This document shows positions 1 through 9,713 of a stretch of 52,633 bases of DNA, in pieces (positions within the stretch are counted from its first letter, which is position 1; each line of letters begins with the position of its first letter). The stretch is from Acidimicrobiales bacterium (GTDB taxonomy: Bacteria > Actinomycetota > Acidimicrobiia > Acidimicrobiales > RAAP-2). The translations under genes were made by a program, and so were the position numbers. A model generated the notes under the pieces. It was not told where the DNA came from. It ran no database searches and saw only the letters and a list, made by a program, of their open reading frames with translations. The DNA lies in assembly GCA_036511575.1 (NCBI GenBank), contig DATCCA010000149.1:1-52633 (forward strand). The letters run 5' to 3'.

Positions 1-115
1 CCGACGGGCCAACGAGGACAAGGAACTCACCACAGGGAATCTCAAGATTGAGGTCGGAGACAACAGCGTTGCCCTCGAAGAGTTTCCACACGTGATCAAA
101 ACGAATCTCGTTCAC
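1..115 (-). CDS. Sugar ABC transporter ATP-binding protein (MalK/UgpC-like), 5' part only, running off the window edge
   Basis: Not in the ORF track. Manual translation from GTG 115 gives MNEIRFDHVWKLFEGNAVVSDLNLEIPCGEFLVLVGPS, the start of Walker A. A GAGG SD lies upstream. Confidence 0.85.
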   Translation of the reverse strand, partial: MNEIRFDHVWKLFEGNAVVSDLNLEIPCGEFLVLVGPS

Positions 116-298
116 GCGCAGGTCCTCACGAGCGCGGTTCGAGGCGCGTCGCGAGACGACGTTCTACGTCCGCGCGCTCTCGTTCCCCTCAGTGTTTCCA
201 CTGCCCTCCAAACAAGCTGCCCAGTAGTCGTAAATTACGCACTTCATGCGACGAATGTGAAGTCGCCGACCAGCCTTTGTAAGGCTGCTCTGCGAGCG

Positions 299-327
299 AC
301 CGTAGTGCATATCTAAATGCTTGTCAA
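299..327 (-). promoter_or_regulatory. Housekeeping-sigma promoter for the leftward ABC operon
   Basis: The minus strand reads TTGACA-17 nt-TACGGT in an AT-rich patch. Confidence 0.6.
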
Positions 328-353
328 TAACTACTATCAAATGTAATCCGCCG

Positions 354-1133
354 TTAATCGGCGGAGGCGTCACCGATGTTCACCGAAGTCACTAAGGAGT
401 AGCGCGCCGCTCGATAGACGTGTTGGGCGAATTCAATCGCCCTCCCTGCGGCGTCGTACGTCGTTCGCTCCATTGTCAAAAGTGCAGTCCCACGCGGTTC
501 ATTGAGAAAGTTCGCCTCCACCGTCGAGGCGTTTTTAGCTGATATGCGCTGCGTCGCGTGGTCGGGGAAGACGCCGCTCGCGCGCAGGATCTCGTAAAAA
601 CCATGTTGTTCGAGCATCTCATTACTCATGGTCACCAACGTGATGGGGAGATAGTTATGCATCAGGGCAATCGGTTCGCCCTCTCCGAATCTGAGCCGTT
701 CGAGGTAGATGACCAGTTGGTTGTCGGCGAGCCCTAAAGCACTCTTCACCAGGTCAGACGCCTTCATCACTTCGTTGTGAAGGACTTTCGTCGTGGGAGT
801 CTTGCCGGACTTCGCCAAGTCATCGAAGAGGCTCGTGAGTTTCACCGAACGGCTAACTTTGCCCTTCGTAACGATGGTCCCCTGGCCCCGGCGACGAAGC
901 ACCAAGCCCTTGTCGACCAAATAGCCAAATGCGGCCCTCACGGTGGGCCGCGAAAGTCCGAGGTCCTCAGCGATCTTCACTTCATTCTCGAGTCGATCGC
1001 CCGAGACGAGACTCCCCGCCCTGATCTCGTTCTCGAAGTGTTGCGCCAATTGGAAGTACAGGGGTACCGGACTGTCACGATCGAGCACCATGGTCTTCAA
1101 CGGGTTGTAAGCCAGCACTTCTTGACGAGCCAT
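354..1133 (-). CDS. GntR (HutC subfamily, UTRA domain) regulator, probable inositol-catabolism repressor
   Basis: PLYFQLA...LSRPTVRAA winged HTH with a C-terminal UTRA-like region; divergent from iolC. The true start may be slightly downstream. Confidence 0.9.
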   Translation of the reverse strand: MARQEVLAYNPLKTMVLDRDSPVPLYFQLAQHFENEIRAGSLVSGDRLENEVKIAEDLGLSRPTVRAAFGYLVDKGLVLRRRGQGTIVTKGKVSRSVKLTSLFDDLAKSGKTPTTKVLHNEVMKASDLVKSALGLADNQLVIYLERLRFGEGEPIALMHNYLPITLVTMSNEMLEQHGFYEILRASGVFPDHATQRISAKNASTVEANFLNEPRGTALLTMERTTYDAAGRAIEFAQHVYRAARYSLVTSVNIGDASAD

Positions 1134-1193
1134 TGGAATCCTTTGTCAGGCGACCTTGCAAAAGTCTATGTCGCAAACACGTCGGTACTGCTA

Positions 1194-1205
1194 TTGTCCT
1201 GACAT
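1194..1205. promoter_or_regulatory. Probable GntR/HutC-type operator (TGTCCTGACA)
   Basis: TGTC-N2-GACA palindrome in the gntR/iolC divergent region. Confidence 0.55.
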
Positions 1206-1384
1206 ATGCCAGTTCCGTCGAAATTGGGCACACTGCGACCCAATCGGTCCACGCCGATCGGAGTCCCGCGCGGACCGCAACCGCCTTTGGGCGTAGGCGC
1301 CCACCATACGTTCACCTCGGACTCGTCACCTCACTCGAGTCCGTGTGGCGCCTCAGGATCCCATTGCGGGACCGAGGATGGGTC

Positions 1385-2332
1385 GTGAACGAGCCATTTG
1401 ACGTCATCACCATGGGCCGCGTCGGCGTCGATTTTTACCCAACGCAGCACGGCAGTCTGGTCGACGTCAAGCATTTTGTCAAATTCCTCGGTGGGAGCCC
1501 CACCAACGTGGCGGTCGCCGCTGCCCGGCTCGGTGAGCGCGTCGCACTGATCAGTCGCACCGGTCCGGACCCCTTTGGCGCGTACGTCCACGCCGCACTG
1601 CAGGGATTCGGGGTTGATGATCGCTTCGTGTCGGACTGCGCTGGATTCCAGACACCGGTCACGTTTTGTGAGACGTTCCCACCCGACAACTTCCCCATTT
1701 ACTTTTACCGAGCGCCCAAGGCACCCGACCTCGAAATCTATCCATCCGAACTCGATCTCGCCGCAATTGCGCTCGCTCGCCTGTTCTGGGCGACAGTGAG
1801 CGGACTCTCCATGGAACCAAGTCGCTCGGCCACGATGGCGGCCCTCAAAGCGCGAGACCGAACGCATCCAACGGTCCTCGACCTCGATTTTCGTCCTTCC
1901 TTTTGGACATCGAGAGATGATGCCCGAAGCGCCACGCGCGAGGCATTGGCGTTCACGACCGTCGCCGTGGGCAATTTGAGCGAAGTCGAGGTCGCTGTCG
2001 ATAGCCGAGACCCCGACGTGGCGGCCGATCGTCTCTTGGCGCTCGGTCAGGAGCTCGTCATCGTCAAGCTGGGACCAGATGGCGTACTCGCCAAGTCCAA
2101 GAGCGATCGTTTTGAGGTTTCGCCCATTGAGATCGAGGTCGTCAACGGACTGGGCGCCGGCGATGCCTTCGGTGGAGCGCTCTGTCATGGCGTGCTCCGT
2201 GGATGGCCGCTCGACGAGACGATTCGTTTCGCGAGTGCAGCTGGTGCAATCGTGGCATCACGACTCGCGTGTTCTGAAGCAATGCCAACTGAAGATGAAG
2301 TACGAAAAGTACTGGAGGGGGAACGAGTGTGA
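1385..2332 (+). CDS. iolC: 5-dehydro-2-deoxygluconokinase (PfkB family)
   Basis: MGRVGVD, GGSPTNVA and GAGDAF motifs; operon context. Start moved to GTG 1385 after a GAGG SD. Confidence 0.93.
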   Translation: MNEPFDVITMGRVGVDFYPTQHGSLVDVKHFVKFLGGSPTNVAVAAARLGERVALISRTGPDPFGAYVHAALQGFGVDDRFVSDCAGFQTPVTFCETFPPDNFPIYFYRAPKAPDLEIYPSELDLAAIALARLFWATVSGLSMEPSRSATMAALKARDRTHPTVLDLDFRPSFWTSRDDARSATREALAFTTVAVGNLSEVEVAVDSRDPDVAADRLLALGQELVIVKLGPDGVLAKSKSDRFEVSPIEIEVVNGLGAGDAFGGALCHGVLRGWPLDETIRFASAAGAIVASRLACSEAMPTEDEVRKVLEGERV

Positions 2333-3201
2333 ATCAGAAAGAACAAGAACTGCTACTGGAGACGAGGTTCCTTCGACCCGGGGCCATCGCCGAGGCAGCG
2401 CAACGCCGCGAACTTCGATCGACGTCGGCGGAGACGCGTCGATTGCTCATCGTTGCCGCCGACCACACGGCGAGAGGAATGCTCGACGTGGGAACCAATC
2501 AAACTGCGATGGCGAATCGCTACGACCTGCTGGATCGTCTCGTCTCCGCACTCGACATTCCAGGAGTCGATGGCGTGCTCGGAACACCCGACATAATCGA
2601 GGACCTCATGCTGCTCGGAGCACTCGATCAGAAGTACGTCTTTGGATCAATGAACCGAGGTGGGCTGCCGGGGGCGGTCTTCGAAATGGACGATCGCTTC
2701 ACGGGTTACACGGTCGAGTCGATTGTCGAGTCACGACTCGACGGCGGCAAGATGTTGCTTCGCATCAATCTTGAGGATGCGGGCACAGCGAACACCCTGG
2801 AGTCCTGCGCGAAGGCAGTAACAAAGTTGGCGGCGGCCGACCGAATCGCAATGTTGGAACCATTCATGAGTCATCACGTTGATGGACGAATACAGCACGA
2901 CTTGACGGCGGCGGGCGTCATTCGCTCGATGGCGGTCGCGAGCGCTCTGGGCGCGACGTCGTCGCACACGTGGCTCAAGGTCCCCGTCGTTGACGAAATG
3001 GAGCGTGTCGCTGAAGCGACCACCATGCCGCTCGTTCTTCTGGGCGGACCGCGAAGTGACCGACCCGACGAGATGTTCGAGCAGTGGGAGAAGACGCTAC
3101 GCCTACCGGGCGTGCGCGGTCTCGTCGTCGGACGCAACTTGCTCTATCCACCGGACGACGACGTTGCGACGGCCGTCAAGACGGCCGTCAGTCTTCTATG
3201 A
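2329..3201 (+). CDS. TIM-barrel aldolase, probable 2-deoxy-5-keto-gluconate-6-phosphate aldolase (Cgl0159-like)
   Basis: AADH, GSMNRGGL, WLKVP and VVGRNLLYP motifs; GTGA overlap with iolC. Confidence 0.8.
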   Translation: MNQKEQELLLETRFLRPGAIAEAAQRRELRSTSAETRRLLIVAADHTARGMLDVGTNQTAMANRYDLLDRLVSALDIPGVDGVLGTPDIIEDLMLLGALDQKYVFGSMNRGGLPGAVFEMDDRFTGYTVESIVESRLDGGKMLLRINLEDAGTANTLESCAKAVTKLAAADRIAMLEPFMSHHVDGRIQHDLTAAGVIRSMAVASALGATSSHTWLKVPVVDEMERVAEATTMPLVLLGGPRSDRPDEMFEQWEKTLRLPGVRGLVVGRNLLYPPDDDVATAVKTAVSLL

Positions 3202-4088
3202 CCCAATCGTTGCACCTGCGCGCACGTGATCCCGACTCGAACGGTTACACCGTTGACATCTCACCCGCAAGCGCAGGATGGACCTACAGCTCGCTTCGCG
3301 TCGTCGTGCTCGCGCCCGGCACAACGTTGGACTGGACGACTGATGGCTCCGAGTGGATCGTGCTCCCACTCGCGGGCAGTTGCACGGTCACCTGCGGTGA
3401 CGAACGTTTCGACCTCGAGGGTCGCACGAGTGTCTTCGAGCGAGTCTCCGATTTCGCTTACGTACCGCGTGCGTCGAGCGTCAGCGTGCACAGTGAACTC
3501 GGTGGCCGCTTCGCGCTCGCGGGCGCTCTTGCCCACAACGTGTTGCCCGCTCGCTACGGGCGCGCCGAAGACGTGCCGGTTGAGTTACGTGGCGCCGGCT
3601 CGTCGAGTCGCCAATGCATCAACTTCGCGTCACCCGAAGGATTCGAAACTGACCATCTCGTCGCAGTCGAAATTCTCGTGCCGGGAGGAAACTGGGCTTC
3701 GTATCCGCCGCACAAGCATGACGAAGTCCGACCGGGAGAAGCGCAACTCGAAGAGATCTACTACTTCGAAGTTCGCGGTGGCGCGAAGAGCGGCGAACCG
3801 GGACCGGGTGCCTACCAACGCGTGTACAGTTCGGGCCCGGATCGACAGATCGACCTGCTGGTCGAAGTCGCCACTGGCGACGCGATTCTCATTCCCTTCG
3901 GCTACCACGGGCCAACCATGGCGTCGCCGGGTTACGACCTGTATTTTCTCAATGTGCTCGCGGGTCCCGCCGAAGAACGAACGATGGCGTTCTGTGATGA
4001 CCCGACCCACGCGTGGCTGCGCGAATCATGGCGCGGCATTGAGATCGACCCTCGTCTTCCAATGACATCTTCGCGGGGTGTTCTATGA
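3198..4088 (+). CDS. iolB: 5-deoxy-glucuronate isomerase
   Basis: GNWASYPPHKHD, LEEIYYF and GYHGP motifs; ATG 3198 overlaps the upstream stop (ATGA). Confidence 0.93.
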   Translation: MTQSLHLRARDPDSNGYTVDISPASAGWTYSSLRVVVLAPGTTLDWTTDGSEWIVLPLAGSCTVTCGDERFDLEGRTSVFERVSDFAYVPRASSVSVHSELGGRFALAGALAHNVLPARYGRAEDVPVELRGAGSSSRQCINFASPEGFETDHLVAVEILVPGGNWASYPPHKHDEVRPGEAQLEEIYYFEVRGGAKSGEPGPGAYQRVYSSGPDRQIDLLVEVATGDAILIPFGYHGPTMASPGYDLYFLNVLAGPAEERTMAFCDDPTHAWLRESWRGIEIDPRLPMTSSRGVL

Positions 4089-5977
4089 GACTGACGGTCG
4101 CTCAAGCCCTGGTGCGATTCCTTTCGGTGCAGTCGGTCGAACGTGACGGCCAAACGAATCTCTTCTTCGCGGGATGCTTTGGCATCTTTGGCCATGGCAA
4201 CGTCGCCGGCCTCGGCGAGGCGCTCCTCGAGAGCGGTGAAAAGTTCCCGTATTACCTCGTGCGCAACGAGCAGGCAATGGTGCACACTGCCGTGGGTTAC
4301 GCCCGGATGTCGAATCGATTGCGCGCGTTTGCCTGCACGACGTCGGTTGGACCAGGCGCCACGAATCTGGTGACGGGCGCGGCCGTGGCGACGACGAATC
4401 GCATTCCGGTGCTCCTCTTACCCGGTGATGTCTTCGCGACCCGACGAGCCAATCCCGTCCTTCAAGAACTGGAAGACGCGACGTCCATGGACGTGTCGGT
4501 GAATGACACTCTGCGCCCCGTGTCGAAGTACTTCGACCGTATATGGCGTCCCGAACAGCTACCCCAAGCCCTCCTGCACGCAATGCGCGTACTCACCGAT
4601 CCGGCCGAGACGGGCGCCGTCACACTCGCACTCCCCGAGGACGTCCAGACTGAATCATTCGATTTTCCTGATGCACTCTTCGCGCCGCGAGTGTGGGCCA
4701 TACGACGTCCGCCGGCGGAGGCGCGGCTGATCAGCGGACTCGCGACGATGTTGCGCGAATCGAGGCGACCGCTCATCGTTGCGGGTGGCGGCGTGATCTA
4801 CGCCGACGCCACCGACGTGCTCGACTGGTTCGTGTCATCGTCGGGGGTACCCGTTGCTGAAACGCAGGCCGGCAAGGGTTCGCTTCGTTTTGACCACCCG
4901 GCCAGTCTTGGAGCCATTGGGGCCACGGGCTCGGCCGCGGCCAACGAAATGGCTCGTGACGCAGACCTTGTTATTGGCATTGGCACCCGATGGAGCGATT
5001 TTACGACGGCGTCGAACTCTGTGTTCCAAAACCCTTCGGTGAAAATCGTCAACATCAACGTGACGCCATTCGACACGACGAAGCTCTCCGGTGCAGCGAT
5101 CGTGGCCGACGCTCGCGAAGCATTGACGCAACTTGGAGAGCAACTCGCCGCCTGGCACGTGGACGATGACTTCGAACGGCACTACCGCGAGTTAGCGCGC
5201 CAGTGGAATGAGAAGGTCGAGGACTCCTACGCCCTCGCACACAGTCCTCTGCCGGGCCAGAGCGAAGTGATCGGGGCCGTCGAAGCGTCGAGTGGCGATC
5301 GTGACGTCGTCGTCGCGGCGGCGGGCAGCCTGCCCGGCGACCTCCACAAACTTTGGCGAACGCGCGACCCCAAGGGCTACCACGTCGAATACGCATTCTC
5401 CTGCATGGGTTACGAAATTGCGGCCGGACTCGGCGTCAAGATGGCCGCGCCCGACCGCGAGGTCTATGTGATGGTCGGTGACGGCTCGTATCTCATGCTG
5501 AACTCAGAACTCGTGACCGCGGTGCAGGAGGGGATCAAGATCATCGTCGTCCTCGTGGTCAATCACGGCTTCCAGTCCATTGGCGCACTCTCTGAATCGG
5601 TCGGCGTTGAGCGCTTCGGAACGAACTACCGGTTCCGTGACGCAAATGGTCAACTCGCGGGCGAGAAACTTCCCGTCGACTTGGCGGCCAACGCTGCGAG
5701 CCTCGGTGCGACTGTGTTGCGCGTAGCGAGCATCGTTGAACTACGCGAAGCGCTGGCGCACGCACGCTCCAATACGACGACGACCGTGATCCGGATTGAA
5801 ACGGACCCCACGGTCGCGGCGCCGGACTCAGATTCGTGGTGGGACGTCCCCGTCGCGGAGGTCGCGTCACGCGACAGCACTCGCGAAGCGTTGGCGCGCT
5901 ACGAGGCGGAGCGCAAAGTGCAACGTGACTACCTCACGGCGACGACGATGCTTTCGCACGACGCCGACTCGGCGTGA
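4085..5977 (+). CDS. iolD: 3D-(3,5/4)-trihydroxycyclohexane-1,2-dione acylhydrolase (TPP-dependent)
   Basis: RLTVAQALVRFL, GIFGHGNV, YHVEYAFSCMGYE, GDGSYLM and WWDVPVAEV motifs. Confidence 0.96.
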   Translation: MRLTVAQALVRFLSVQSVERDGQTNLFFAGCFGIFGHGNVAGLGEALLESGEKFPYYLVRNEQAMVHTAVGYARMSNRLRAFACTTSVGPGATNLVTGAAVATTNRIPVLLLPGDVFATRRANPVLQELEDATSMDVSVNDTLRPVSKYFDRIWRPEQLPQALLHAMRVLTDPAETGAVTLALPEDVQTESFDFPDALFAPRVWAIRRPPAEARLISGLATMLRESRRPLIVAGGGVIYADATDVLDWFVSSSGVPVAETQAGKGSLRFDHPASLGAIGATGSAAANEMARDADLVIGIGTRWSDFTTASNSVFQNPSVKIVNINVTPFDTTKLSGAAIVADAREALTQLGEQLAAWHVDDDFERHYRELARQWNEKVEDSYALAHSPLPGQSEVIGAVEASSGDRDVVVAAAGSLPGDLHKLWRTRDPKGYHVEYAFSCMGYEIAAGLGVKMAAPDREVYVMVGDGSYLMLNSELVTAVQEGIKIIVVLVVNHGFQSIGALSESVGVERFGTNYRFRDANGQLAGEKLPVDLAANAASLGATVLRVASIVELREALAHARSNTTTTVIRIETDPTVAAPDSDSWWDVPVAEVASRDSTREALARYEAERKVQRDYLTATTMLSHDADSA

Positions 5978-6015
5978 GCGTCGTCATGGCGTCGAACTGA
6001 CGGGCGCACGCGTTC

Positions 6016-7233
6016 GTGACGTTCGATTCGCACACCGGTCCCGAGCACGAACTCGCTGACGTAACGTTCCGGCCACTCGCGATGGCGAGCGCGACGGCTG
6101 ACCTCATCGTCTTCGGGATGCTCTCATCCTTATTTGGTCCTCTCCTCGTCACGTTCGCCCAGCGATTTCATATTTCTCTCCCGGACGCGGGCGTCGTACT
6201 GAGCGTGTACTTCGTTGGCGCGTTCTGTGGTGTTCCCCTGGGCTGGTACACCATCAAACATCTGACCGGCAACGTCGTCTTGACGATCACACTCCTCACC
6301 ATGGCCGTGGGTGCGTGTGGCGCAGCACTGTCACCTAACTGGTACGGATTCCTGGTGTCAATCTTCTTCATGGGTGTCGGCTTTGGGGGCGTCGACTTCT
6401 CGCTCATCACCTTGCTCGTTCGAACACGCATGGAGGGGCGAGCTCGCCGTCTCAGTGTGTCCAACGCCGGCTACGGACTGGGGGCAGTACTCGGACCAGT
6501 CCTCATTGTTCTCGTGCATCCGAACAACTATCGCTACCTCCTGGGCGCCATCGCGCTGTCGGCGGTCGTACTCACCTTCGGCAACAGCGGCATCATCGCG
6601 CCGCCGATGCGCGATGCACCTCAACGAGACACGCTCGGGGTGAGCGCGCAACGGCGGCGCCGAATTCTGGGCACCTTCATCGCGGCGTACGTTCTCTACG
6701 TCGCGACTGAGACAACGACGGCCGGATGGATCGCACCCCAATTGCATCGCGGTGGTCTCTCGACATCTCTCGGGAGCGTAATCACCGCCGGGTTCTGGCT
6801 CGGTCTCGCGATAGGTCGAGTACTGGCCGGTCCCATCGGGCGACGCCACTCAGACCGACGTTTGGTACTCGCCGGCCTCGCGTTCGCCGCAGCGCTCTGC
6901 GCCGGCGCCTACGTGACCGGCGCCGCACCGTACCTCTATCCACTCGTCGGCTTCGCCCTCGCTCTCGTCTACCCGATGGGCCTGATTTGGTACACCGCGC
7001 TGATCCCGCACGATGGTGATGGCCTCGCTCTCCTCATTTTGTGCATGATGGCCGGAGGTGTCATCGGCCCGGCGATTGAAAGTGTCATGGTCTCCTCGTT
7101 CGGGATTCGTGTCGTTCCGATAGTGCTGTGCGGCTTGGCCCTGGCCTGTCTCGCGGTCTTTTCGAGCGCACTTCGCTTCTCCGCGCTTCGAACCTCGTTG
7201 TCCGACGACGGGTCGACTCCACGAACAACGTGA
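6016..7233 (+). CDS. MFS transporter
   Basis: About 12 hydrophobic segments in 405 aa, in a two-repeat MFS layout. Confidence 0.85.
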   Translation: MTFDSHTGPEHELADVTFRPLAMASATADLIVFGMLSSLFGPLLVTFAQRFHISLPDAGVVLSVYFVGAFCGVPLGWYTIKHLTGNVVLTITLLTMAVGACGAALSPNWYGFLVSIFFMGVGFGGVDFSLITLLVRTRMEGRARRLSVSNAGYGLGAVLGPVLIVLVHPNNYRYLLGAIALSAVVLTFGNSGIIAPPMRDAPQRDTLGVSAQRRRRILGTFIAAYVLYVATETTTAGWIAPQLHRGGLSTSLGSVITAGFWLGLAIGRVLAGPIGRRHSDRRLVLAGLAFAAALCAGAYVTGAAPYLYPLVGFALALVYPMGLIWYTALIPHDGDGLALLILCMMAGGVIGPAIESVMVSSFGIRVVPIVLCGLALACLAVFSSALRFSALRTSLSDDGSTPRTT

Positions 7234-7259
7234 CAGCGCAAAACTGATAGGAAAAGTGG

Positions 7260-8675
7260 ATGGAAATGCCTTCGGTCGTTGACGCTGCACGGATGGTGCG
7301 CTCTGGTGAACTCTCCGCAACCGAACTCGTGCGCGAGAGCCTCGAGGCCATTGAGCGCAACAACCCTGCACTCAACGCCTTTGTGTTCGTTGACGCCAAA
7401 GGCGCGTTGGCCGAGGCTGCAGTCGTCGATTCCACCGTGCGCGATCACCGGCTGGACGACCTTGGCCCACTCGCCGGCGTGCCCTTTGGCGTGAAGGATC
7501 TCGACGACTGCTCGGGCATGCCCACGAGTCGTGGGTCACGATGGTTCGCGAACGGTCCGACGAAAACAGTTGACGCGATTCACGTGGGACGGCTTCGCAA
7601 CGCGGGCGCCATCCCAATCGGAAAGACTGCGACGCCGGAGTTTGGTGTGTGGGCGTACACCGCCAGTCCACTACTGGGCGTCACGCGCAATCCTTGGGAC
7701 CTCGAACGCACGCCCGGCGGCTCGAGTGGTGGCTCGAGCGCGGCCGTCTCGAGTGCAATGGTTCCCTTCGCCACTGCGAGTGACGGCGGAGGATCGATTC
7801 GAACGCCGGCCAGCTTTACCGGACTCGTCGGCTTGAAGAACTCGTACGGACGAATCCCCACGCTGGGCGATACGCACCTGGCGCAGAACTCCGTAGTCGG
7901 ATCACTGACGACCACGATTGCCGACACGGCGTTGCTCCTCGATGTCATGGCCGGACCCGACGATCGAGATCGAACCTGCTTACCAGCTCCAGCAACGAGT
8001 TACGTCGACGCACTTGAAAACACCGATCTCTCTACCCTTCGCATTGCGTGGTCGAGTGACCTCGGCTTCGCCGTCCTCGATCCCGACGTTGCTCGTCTCT
8101 GTGAACGGGCCGCGGCGGCTTTTGCAAATGCGTTAGGCGCGACGCTGGCGGATCGACCAATCGTGCTGAAGGACTACGTCCGTACCTATGCCGCCATAGA
8201 AGGCGTCGACAAATTCGTAGGCGTAGAGCGTGACCTGTGGGAGAACCGCCGTGACGAACTCGACCCGCGTTCGGCGTCCGGGTGGGCGTACCTGAGCGCC
8301 AAAACGCTGCCCTGGCTCGCGTCCATTGAATTCGACCGGCGCACATTGGTCAATGAAGTCGCCGCCATTTTCGATGACGTCGATCTCATCCTCACGCCAA
8401 TGTCGTCGACCCCTCCGTTCGCTGCGGAAGGTCCAATGCCGAGCGACATCAATGGCGTGGACGTGCACGCCGGCATGTCCGTCGTACTGGGCATGCTCGC
8501 CAACCTGGTCAACCTTCCTGCGCTGAGCGTCCCGGCCGGTCTCACGGCGTCGAATGTCCCAGTTGGACTGCAGATAATTGGACCGCGGTTTCGCGAAGAC
8601 CTGCTGCTGGCATCCGCGTACCGGTTTGAAGCGGAGCGCCCGTGGCCACGACACTGCCCCACGCGAACGACATAG
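7260..8675 (+). CDS. Amidase (amidase signature family)
   Basis: GVKD, PGGSSGGS and SDGGGSIR triad motifs. Confidence 0.92.
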   Translation: MEMPSVVDAARMVRSGELSATELVRESLEAIERNNPALNAFVFVDAKGALAEAAVVDSTVRDHRLDDLGPLAGVPFGVKDLDDCSGMPTSRGSRWFANGPTKTVDAIHVGRLRNAGAIPIGKTATPEFGVWAYTASPLLGVTRNPWDLERTPGGSSGGSSAAVSSAMVPFATASDGGGSIRTPASFTGLVGLKNSYGRIPTLGDTHLAQNSVVGSLTTTIADTALLLDVMAGPDDRDRTCLPAPATSYVDALENTDLSTLRIAWSSDLGFAVLDPDVARLCERAAAAFANALGATLADRPIVLKDYVRTYAAIEGVDKFVGVERDLWENRRDELDPRSASGWAYLSAKTLPWLASIEFDRRTLVNEVAAIFDDVDLILTPMSSTPPFAAEGPMPSDINGVDVHAGMSVVLGMLANLVNLPALSVPAGLTASNVPVGLQIIGPRFREDLLLASAYRFEAERPWPRHCPTRTT

Positions 8676-8679
8676 GACT

Positions 8680-8716
8680 AAGGAGTTTCAGGCCCCATTG
8701 CGGGGAGCGACTCCTT
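8680..8716 (+). terminator. Hairpin after the amidase, possible terminator
   Basis: AAGGAGT...ACTCCTT outer stem with an inner CCCC/GGGG stem; no U-tract. Confidence 0.35.
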
Positions 8717-8781
8717 CGACGTGGAACTGCCAACTCGATTCAGCCCCTGTAAAACCTTTAAAATAAAGGTTTCTCAATACG

Positions 8782-8833
8782 TGCAACTAATAGTTGCATA
8801 ACGTCGATCTATGTGCAATGATGAGTTGCACAT
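8782..8833. promoter_or_regulatory. Two ArsR-type operator palindromes
   Basis: TGCAACTA-A-TAGTTGCA (8782-8798) and ATGTGCAA-N7-TTGCACAT (8811-8833), upstream of the SRPBCC-ArsR pair. Confidence 0.7.
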
Positions 8834-8861
8834 AGCATTACTCAACCAAAAGGAGATTGAA

Positions 8862-9317
8862 ATGACCGCAGCAACAATTGAACGAGAGATCCGCATCGAC
8901 GCTCCCATCGAGGTTGTCTGGGACGTCGTCACGAATCCCACGCACATTGTCAAGTGGTTCGCCGAGGTAGCAACGCTGGACCTTCGCCCGGGGGGCGTGG
9001 GAAGTTTGACCTTCACTGAGCACAACCACGTGAGCCCACTTCGCGTGGAGACGGTCGACCCACCGAACGTCTATTCGTACCGATGGAGTCAGCCCGACGG
9101 CGAGGAGCCAACCGAGGAGAACTCCATGTTGGTCGAGTTCATCCTGAGCGAGGACCAAGGCGTGACGACGCTCCGACTCGTCGAGAGTGGCTTCGCCAAG
9201 AACAACTGGAGTGAAGAGAAGAACCAGGAGTACTTCGACGACCACAGCAACGGGTGGGACTTCTTCGTCCCGCGCTTGGCGTCGTACGCGGCCACCGCCA
9301 ACGTGTCGGCCAAGTGA
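8862..9317 (+). CDS. SRPBCC / AHSA1-like domain protein
   Basis: IEREIRIDAPIEVVW, DLRPGG, LRLVESGF and GW motifs; AAGGAG SD before ATG 8862. Confidence 0.9.
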   Translation: MTAATIEREIRIDAPIEVVWDVVTNPTHIVKWFAEVATLDLRPGGVGSLTFTEHNHVSPLRVETVDPPNVYSYRWSQPDGEEPTEENSMLVEFILSEDQGVTTLRLVESGFAKNNWSEEKNQEYFDDHSNGWDFFVPRLASYAATANVSAK

Positions 9318-9703
9318 CCGGAAGGGTTCGTAGCTACGACGAAGAGGTGTGGCTCGCGGTCGCCGATCCGAGTCGGCGCTCGCTGCTCGACCTGCTGATC
9401 AATAAAGGCGAGGCAACCGCGAGCGGCCTGGCGAGTGAGGTTCCCTTCACTCGTCAGGCCGTCGCCAAGCACCTCGCCGTGCTGGAGAAAGCGCAACTCG
9501 TCTCGTCACGACGTCAAGGCCGCGAGGTCCTCTTCTCGGTTCGACCGACGCAGATCGACAACGCTGCACAGATGATGCTCAGCGTTGGCCGGGGTTGGGA
9601 TGCTCGACTCCAGTCGATCAAGCGCATCGCCGAAGAAGTGCATAGGTCAGCGCTCGACCAAATCGGCATCGGAGAATCAGGTTCGTCAGAAGAAACGAAG
9701 TAG
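9314..9703 (+). CDS. ArsR/SmtB family regulator
   Basis: AVADPSRRSLL, TRQAVAKHLAVLE and GREV motifs; GTGA overlap. Confidence 0.9.
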   Translation: MTGRVRSYDEEVWLAVADPSRRSLLDLLINKGEATASGLASEVPFTRQAVAKHLAVLEKAQLVSSRRQGREVLFSVRPTQIDNAAQMMLSVGRGWDARLQSIKRIAEEVHRSALDQIGIGESGSSEETK

Positions 9704-9713
9704 CGCAGGCAAG

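Noticed and set aside
1133-1384. N-terminal extension of iolC in the ORF track (similar extensions on iolB, the GT4 gene, rpsF and others)
   Set aside because: These are longest-ORF artefacts; better starts with SD or overlap signals lie downstream.
3226-4065. 279-aa alternative-frame ORF within iolB
   Set aside because: Its Arg/Ser/Pro-rich composition is typical of off-frame reads.
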